Source: Strigamia acuminata (lineage: Eukaryota). Taken from it: a stretch of 64,000 bases of DNA. The stretch lies in NCBI GenBank assembly GCA_949358305.1, contig OX442314.1, positions 20,956,001 through 21,020,000 on the forward strand, given 5' to 3'. Below, one piece after another: positions 57,016 to 64,000 of the stretch. The notes under the pieces are model-generated. The model was not told the origin of the DNA. It saw only the letters and a program-made list of their open reading frames with translations, and did no database searches. Position 1 is the first letter of the stretch, and each line of letters begins with the position of its first letter. The position numbers and the translations under genes are program-made.

Positions 57016-59165
57016 TTAGTCTAAATGACTATGTGTACGAGTGTACTTGTACACATGTGCAAAGTATCAGCGTCATTCATAATTATAACGAACAAAACTA
57101 AATATGAACTCGAGTAATTGCAAATTTTACGAAGGTATGACGTAAAATACTAATTGTATGAATAACAAATAAATGATGGCTTGTTCAGGAAAATTCAGTA
57201 CTTTAAAGAAAATTCCGCCAAGGGGATCCCCCTTTTCGTAAAGACAGTAGAGAGTACATATCATATGTCAGATGAAGTACATCGGTAAAGTGGAATTTTG
57301 CATTAAGGAAAAAAAATTGCAAATTTTTAAATGTGCATATATGAACTAAAAAAAACTGTATAAACATCATATATGAGGAGAAGACCAGCCAAGAAAAGAA
57401 AATGGATTGTATATCCGTTTGTTTATTTCCCCCTCATCAATTTATTGAAAAAAATTGCATAAACATGACTTTTGCTCTTTTTCCACAGGTAATTGTGCGA
57501 TAATTCAGACAGGTCGCCGATTGGCGGTTCCTTATGCATTCTCCCTGTGGGGAAAATGTTGGGTGCCAAAAAAAGTGATGGTTTGGACAGGTGGTCGCCA
57601 CCACAGGTTGTTGCAATTCCGAAAGAATTTGAGACACTTAGTGGATTGTTAGGTTCTAATTGCAGAAAAGAGAAGAAATTTAATTTTTGAAACAATAACA
57701 AATTGAGGCAATTTCGTTATAGTTGGACGAGGTAATTTAACAGCTGTTCCCATTACTAAGCTCGCAAACAACATTTGCAAAAGAGATTTTTTGAACATTA
57801 AGAAAAAAGCAATGAAAGAAAAGGACAAAAAAAGGTTAAATTTATAACCAGTGTTGACTCGAAATGAGTTTTTTCCACTCGTTTTCTTTTTGGTTTCAGT
57901 AAGTCAGCTTTTTCCATCACCTTGACACTTGCGTTTAATTTATGAGCGACTCTCGGTTGTTTCACCTGAAAAGACAAAGACTTTTACTTTCTTTCATGAA
58001 AAGAAAGAAAAATGATTTCTCCCATCTGTACATCTCCCAAACGTCTCCCTTTATACACGCATACAGAAAATAGTCATCTTACTTCTTAAAGAGCAACTTT
58101 ATATCAGCGAATCTGATTTGAGGGCCTATTAAATTATGCCCTTGATACCACCCCGTTATCATAATTCATTGACTGAATAGTTTATAAGTGCTGTAAGCAC
58201 GTCGTTATAGTATCCTTAAAATTTATGGTTTTGAAGGGTTTTTGCGCGTCGTGCTTTTGCTTGGTTTCTTTCCTCTTCCTTGCAGTTGCTGGGTTTCTTA
58301 TGCTGCTTCTGCCGGGATTGATGAATTTTTCGAACTGCTTTAAAAGTTAAATAAAGGTCAAGTATTCTGTTTAATGTGAAAGAAAAATAGTTAGAAGGAT
58401 TCGTGATGTATATTGGCTCAACAAAACTGTATCTGCATTCGAAAATTCATTTTTATAGTCTGGTTTAAATACTTATTTTAGACAGTTGTTTGAACAAGAA
58501 AATTTGTTCAAAGGCTGCTTAAATGGAAAAAAGCGTGTTTAAATTTGAAGCTTATCTTGTTTTGTTGTTTAAACTTGGTGCGCGCACACATTGAGGCTGA
58601 TAGCTGACTAAATTAGGCACCGTTTTAGAAGTTAGATTGAAAAAACTGTCACTTCCGCTGACCAGATCAAATGAATGCCAAATGTACATCGGATATTTGT
58701 AGAGTAAAAACAGTTAAAACATGTTGTGTAAAAATGTTAGTTATAGCATGAATTTCTTTTCGAATGGAGCTCGCTGTGTAAACTTATCTGTAATCGTATT
58801 TAATTATTACAAACTTTTATCAGTGTGCGCACATTTTAATGTGTGACTAGTGGTGGAGTTTGGCATTAATTGTTTTTTTTATTGTTTATTGTTGCCATTG
58901 CTGTTGTTGTTATATGAGTTTACTTCATTTTGCTTTGTGGGCTTGGATTAAACTATACTTTTATCTTGTTTATCCTGCTGCCTGCTATTTTAAAATGTGG
59001 TAATAAATATTGTGTTTGATGACACACATGGAACAAAATTGCCAGATATAAAGGATATAAGATGTCCCGGCAATGTGGTCTAAAATCAAACCACTGAGGA
59101 TGATCGCAAGATCGAGAGGTCAGGTTAATTTTTGGTTATTTCGAATCATATATGCTATGCAAGTA

Positions 59166-59349
59166 CAATCGAAACTCTTTGTAACGAATCGCGATATAAC
59201 GAATTATCGATATAAAGAATACCTAAAAATGGCTGATTTGGTTGGCTGGCCATAGAACACCATGTTAGAAAATTTCGATATAACGAATTATCGTTATAAC
59301 GAATCGATTTTTCTGGTTCCTTGCGATTCGTTATAAAGAGTTTCGACTG
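59166..59349. mobile_element. Tc1/mariner-pogo-type MITE (184 bp)
   Basis: About 27-bp TIRs CA(A/G)TCGAAACTCTTT(G/A)TAACGAATCGC, TA target duplication, internal TATAACGAA subrepeats. Confidence 0.85.
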
Positions 59350-61469
59350 TATCTAGGTAAGTTAGTTTACAACTGTTTCTGTGTGTCAAATCAGATGTGA
59401 CAACAGAGTTAGCAACTTTAGTGCGGAAGTGCTGGCTAATAGAACCCATTTGAATAGACATCGATCAGTGTAAATCATGCACGTATTCGCGTCTTTATTT
59501 ACACAGAAATTTTGTATAGAATTTGCTGTAAATGGATTCTCATACCCGGATCTGGTGGATTAGTGCATAGGCGGTAATTTTCGAGGATAGCGGACGTCTA
59601 TTGGGAACTTTCCCTATACAATTATGCAACAAATCACGGTTTCGCACTTCCAATGGCGCTGAAACTGATGGTTGAAGTTACAAGACAAAGACCTTTGAGA
59701 AAATAGGTTACATTTAGAGGATTCGTCCAACCCATATTGAACCCAGAATTATTTCCTATTGAGAACACCAGAAGTATCTTGTTTTCACGTTTTAAAAGCA
59801 GAAAACATGTTTTTTTTCCTTCCAAAAAATGGGGGTGTGCATTATTACCCGTGAAAATAGGGTAAGTAAGTTTATGAAGGGCGGCCTTTTTTCGGGGCCT
59901 TGGGTTGCAAAATTTGTAATCCGTTTGGAAAGTTATATACCATGGGAGCGTGATGTCAGCCGGTTTAAATTTGCAGGTTTTATGTTTAAATCCATTTGAT
60001 CTACCATCAAACATGTTTTTGTGCGAGGGAGAAAACTAGACAGATTTTCAGGGAAGAAAAACCATTTATTTGAGAAAAAATAAATAAAAACACTTTGTGT
60101 GGTCAAATTGACCCTATAGTATTGGATGGAGGAGGAGGGTTAGCAGCTTTACACCAGAAGTCCGGAATTTAAACACCCCTGCGGAAATAAAGACCCGTGC
60201 ACAAACAAAATTATATTTCCCAAGTGTGCAAAGAGGTCTGTGGGCAATTACTGGCCCGCACACAAAAGGAGGAAATATGGTATTCTATTTTCATTGAAGC
60301 AATCTGCTGTAAAATACCAATTGTGGATGGAGCGAAAGGGGCTCTGTGACTGTGAAGTCACAGAAGGAAGAGAAATAAATGTCTGGAGAAGTTTAGTTTA
60401 GCTGCACAAGAGAAATTAAATGGTTTTGAAAGTTAGCAAAGATAAACATGGGGTTTATATGGCAGGAAACATTAAAATTTGGTGCGGGTTGTAGCGGCAA
60501 CGTCTTTTTGAGGTTGCTAAAGCTAAAAGAAATAGTAAATAGGTATATACATGGCATGAGTAAGCTGAAATATTTTCACTTCAAACAGCCCTGTGGCAAG
60601 AAATGCAGACATTTCCATAAAACTACACTTTGAGTTCCAGTGAGAACAAAGCTTTAAGCATATTTTTGTTTCTCTAACATGTTCTTCTCTTGAACATAGA
60701 TTTTTACCACAAAAGCTCAGGTTTAAGTGTAAAATCAATTGCAGAGTAACACATTCAAACAAAGTTATTTAAATTTTGGAAGAAAAATTACTTTGAATAG
60801 GAGTTTGAGGAAATTGCACATATTGCAATGGATCAGTGGCCTGAACCAGAATTGAAGGACACAAAGACAGACAGTTCTTAAGTCTTCATTGATGAAGTTG
60901 ATTATATATATAACCTCTTGCTGTTGACTTGCAAATAATAGTTTTCAGCTTAATACTGGTAATGGGGAGCTGCTAATCTCTTTGGCCTTTCCTTTAGAAG
61001 TGAGTAAAATGAAGTGTTCATTATAAGGGGAGTTAAGTAGCTATATAACACCATTTTTGTTACACAGTTATAGCCTTCCATATATTTTATTGCTCAGACA
61101 GCAACCTTCCTCCCTCTTGCTATCAACTTCAGGTAAAATGGGCTTACCTGAGAAGGGGACAGGCAAAGAAAATGGTTGGCAGGCATTTTCTCAAGGCCAA
61201 AGGGTCGGCACAAGGGTCAAGAGAAACGCATACAGATCCAGACCTTATTTCATTTATTCATTCTTACATTTTTTATTCTTTTTCTCCAAAAAAATGAGTC
61301 TGAATTAAATTGCAGTCACTTAGAATATATTAGCTTAATTTTTTTATGAAGGTTTTAGTTTATGGTGCAAAATTGTGTTTACATAGAACATTTTCATCCA
61401 ATCAGAAAATTCCTCAAGCTCTTCCATGCCCATACGTTTAAATGTCAGAAGTTTTTACATATGTATAAA

Positions 61470-61808
61470 TAAGTATAAGTATAAGTAGTGTGACAGTTCG
61501 CATGGTCATGGCCTTGTAAGTAGAATACTTGTGAGGGATTTAGGCCATGCAAGCCGCGATCTGTGGGACGATTTTCAATAGAACCCAACCTTACATTTGC
61601 ACCGAGAGTTGGGAAAACCACTGAAAACCCAGTTGGGAGACGGGTGGCAGATGTTCTTGCCCTAGAAACCGTACCTTACTCAGGCACGGATGAGACACAA
61701 CTGAGATTCCCAGCCGGTCACCCATCCAAGTACTACCTAGGCCAAACGCCGCTTAACTTCTGTGTTTTACAAGTAATGGAAACAGGTGATCAGCGTGGTG
61801 AGTCGTTG
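61470..61808 (-). mobile_element. 5S rRNA-derived SINE (SINE3 type)
   Basis: Head CAACGAC..ACCACGCTGA...GAAGTTAAGCGGCG...AGTACTTGGATGGGTGACCGGCTGGGAA (5S A/IE/C boxes), an unrelated body and a (TACTTA)n tail. Confidence 0.8.
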
Positions 61809-62449
61809 TGAGATCTGTACATGCAGAAATGTATGAAAAATCTTTGTTTACTTGTAAAAATTGATTGCTGGGAGACTAACGTGGCGCTGGAAAATGATTG
61901 CTAGCTTCAGGGCTTAAAATGTTTGAAGTGAGCACTCTTTCGGTTATTTTTATACACATTATGGGAAACATAAGTTGTTTTAAATAAAGAGAGTCGAATT
62001 AGGTAGCTTTTGGAGCTGCGCATGAGTAGAAGTAAAAATTTGGCATTCCTCAGATTACTCTAGTTGAGAAATTTGCGAGGTTTTTGTTTTACACGACTGG
62101 ATTATTTCCGTTTTATAGAAATTTTCACTTGTATTTACAACATCTGACCGTTGTGCACCTGTTCACAATATGAAATTGAAGCTGACGTTAAATTAAAGGT
62201 CATGAACATGACAAAGGTTAGGTAGAATTAACTGGAGAGTCATGTTTTTAGATTAATTATTTTAATTTCTTTTGTCACTTGATTAATAGGCATTTAGATG
62301 TTATCAGTGGTGTGACGTCAGGTTACTTCTAGTGGAAGGCGAAGGAGGAAGGACAGCATTAAAGTGATATATTGCAGACTTCTTTTAAGAGCGAGGATTT
62401 CAAGCATCAACTGTAAAGAGTTTAAGTGCGTAGTCAATTTCCTTTAAGT

Positions 62450-62730
62450 AATTTAACAAACCAATGGCATAGTTAAGCTAGAGCAATGTCCGCCAGGTTC
62501 AACAGTCAAGGAAACCATTTGTCCTGCCTTTGGACGTTTTCCCTGAAAAGTTTGCCGCCATCAAAGATCTTGTACGTGTGATGTGCAAACCAAAACACGA
62601 GACCAACTGGTTTACTTCGCTTTAAAGGACTTTTTTTTTCTACCTCAAATCTCATCATTCTCGGCCAGGTTTGAAGCCGCGTGCTTTGGACCGAGAGGAA
62701 GTGCGGTAACCACTCAGCTATCAAGGCCGG
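62450..62730 (-). mobile_element. tRNA-derived SINE, degenerate
   Basis: A-box TAGCTGAGTGG and B-box-like GGCTTCAAACC, followed by a non-tRNA body. The 3' boundary is approximate. Confidence 0.6.
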
Positions 62731-64000
62731 CAAACCGATATGAGTGTAGTATGATACTCTGTTCACTAAACTTGTTATACCGAGCTAAAGCAAGCAATAT
62801 TCAAAACAAGACTAGGATGGGAATGAAGCACAGTTCTGACGTTTGTAAAATCGGGAAGAAAACGGCGTAGAATCTTAAGTAGCTTTTCATTAAGCGCATT
62901 CTTATAGAGTAATTTAGTATCTTAGCCACCATTTTATCCGTACATTATTGCCTAGGCAATCTTTAATTCTTTGGTTAATAAAATACTTCAGTCAACTCCA
63001 AAATTCCTAAATATTAACACGCTTCGGCTTCCTATCTCACAATGTGTGACACATGATGGACTTGGATGTCTTTCCCCAATAGGAAGACATTAATATATTT
63101 AAACTGTTTCGATCTAACTTCAAAAATGGTGGCTAATTTACCGTAGTCTGTTTTCAGTCGCAGTGGGCATGCGCATGACATTTAAAAAACAAAACATGAA
63201 TGCATCTACTGACAGCTAAGTTGAATTCAGTGTTCGTTTTGGGTCAAAATCTGTATTGTAGAGAATAGTAGTTGGTTTGGTTGGGAAAAAATAAAGAACT
63301 GCAATGATTGAGTAAGAAGGAACACTTGAGTTGAAAATGGAAGGAAAATAAAAGCCATTAAAAATTTGTGAGTGTACAGTATATCAGGATAAGTTATACA
63401 GCAATGATTTATTGATTTGTTCGTATACTACCATATTTTGTTGAATTGTGGCCACGGCTGTTAAGGATTGGGATTGCAAAACGAAACAGCAATAAATCAG
63501 GACGAGCATTTATACAAGAGAAAAATGTGGTAAATAAATTTTTACAGGATTTGGGTTAAAGTATTTTTTGATGTGTCAAATTCTTTTTGGTTCAAGAAGA
63601 AATTAATTATAGGAAATGGAGGGAATCATTGCCGTAACACGTTCGTGCGCTACACCGATGTTCTGGTTGCTCTTTGTCTATTGGATTGTTCTGCCACCAT
63701 GCACTGTCTCGTAAAGTTCGTGGGGCATTGTCTTAACAGCTTGGTTGGTAGCACTTGAAACATTTTGGAATTGCTTTAAGGACGAGATTCAGATGAAGTC
63801 TGGATTTGATGTGAGTAGAAACCTGACTTTTGGCGCTCAGAATCTTTTATGTCAAATTCACTTTCAGTTCTGTGCGCGCACAAAACAACAAATAATGAAG
63901 TTTTCAGCATCATCTCCAAAACAGCAAAGCCAGAAGGGACGCGGATCAACCGTCTTCCCCAAGCAAGAATAAAGCAAACACCAACGACACAGCTAGCTTA

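Noticed and set aside
54700..57740. Exon-like segments with splice signals (~54750-55050, 55236-55405, 57490-57730)
   Set aside because: No consistent reading frame or homology. They may be UTR exons of a gene outside the window but cannot be supported.
61690..61808. Functional 5S rRNA gene
   Set aside because: Diverged 5' half, no 3' stem or T-run terminator, and it continues into a SINE body.
62655..62730. tRNA gene
   Set aside because: Degenerate B-box and no clean cloverleaf; treated as a SINE head.

Overview
AT-rich animal genomic DNA with short GT-AG introns. A non-insect arthropod such as a myriapod or chelicerate is my inference, from the MBD-bearing Copia element and a retained RABL2. 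1-23 kb is gene-dense: RABL2 (with a U12-type intron), cortactin, transaldolase, an intronless Toll-type LRR/TM receptor that stops just before the TIR domain, a WS/DGAT acyltransferase, two related orphan Cys-rich secreted peptides and a pentraxin. 22.6-52.4 kb is a tandem duplication of a pentraxin plus Gly-rich secreted protein unit, and its dead halves hold about 26 kb of transposons. These include a young intact Ty3/Gypsy element with a -1 frameshift signal and a ~900-aa non-Env third ORF, two solo LTRs, and a four-level nest (pentraxin copy < LINE < BEL/Pao < intact Copia with a methyl-CpG-binding domain). A third pentraxin follows, then mostly non-coding DNA with a MITE, a 5S-derived SINE and a tRNA-derived SINE. 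The best novelty candidate is Gypsy ORF3: it is Arg-rich, has NLS-like motifs and a SARNP-like RxxRFG motif, and may be a Rev-like export factor. Other strong candidates are the TIR-less Toll, the Copia U5 end that mimics its tRNA primer, and the orphan secreted-protein cluster. All calls were made by eye; no database searches were run.
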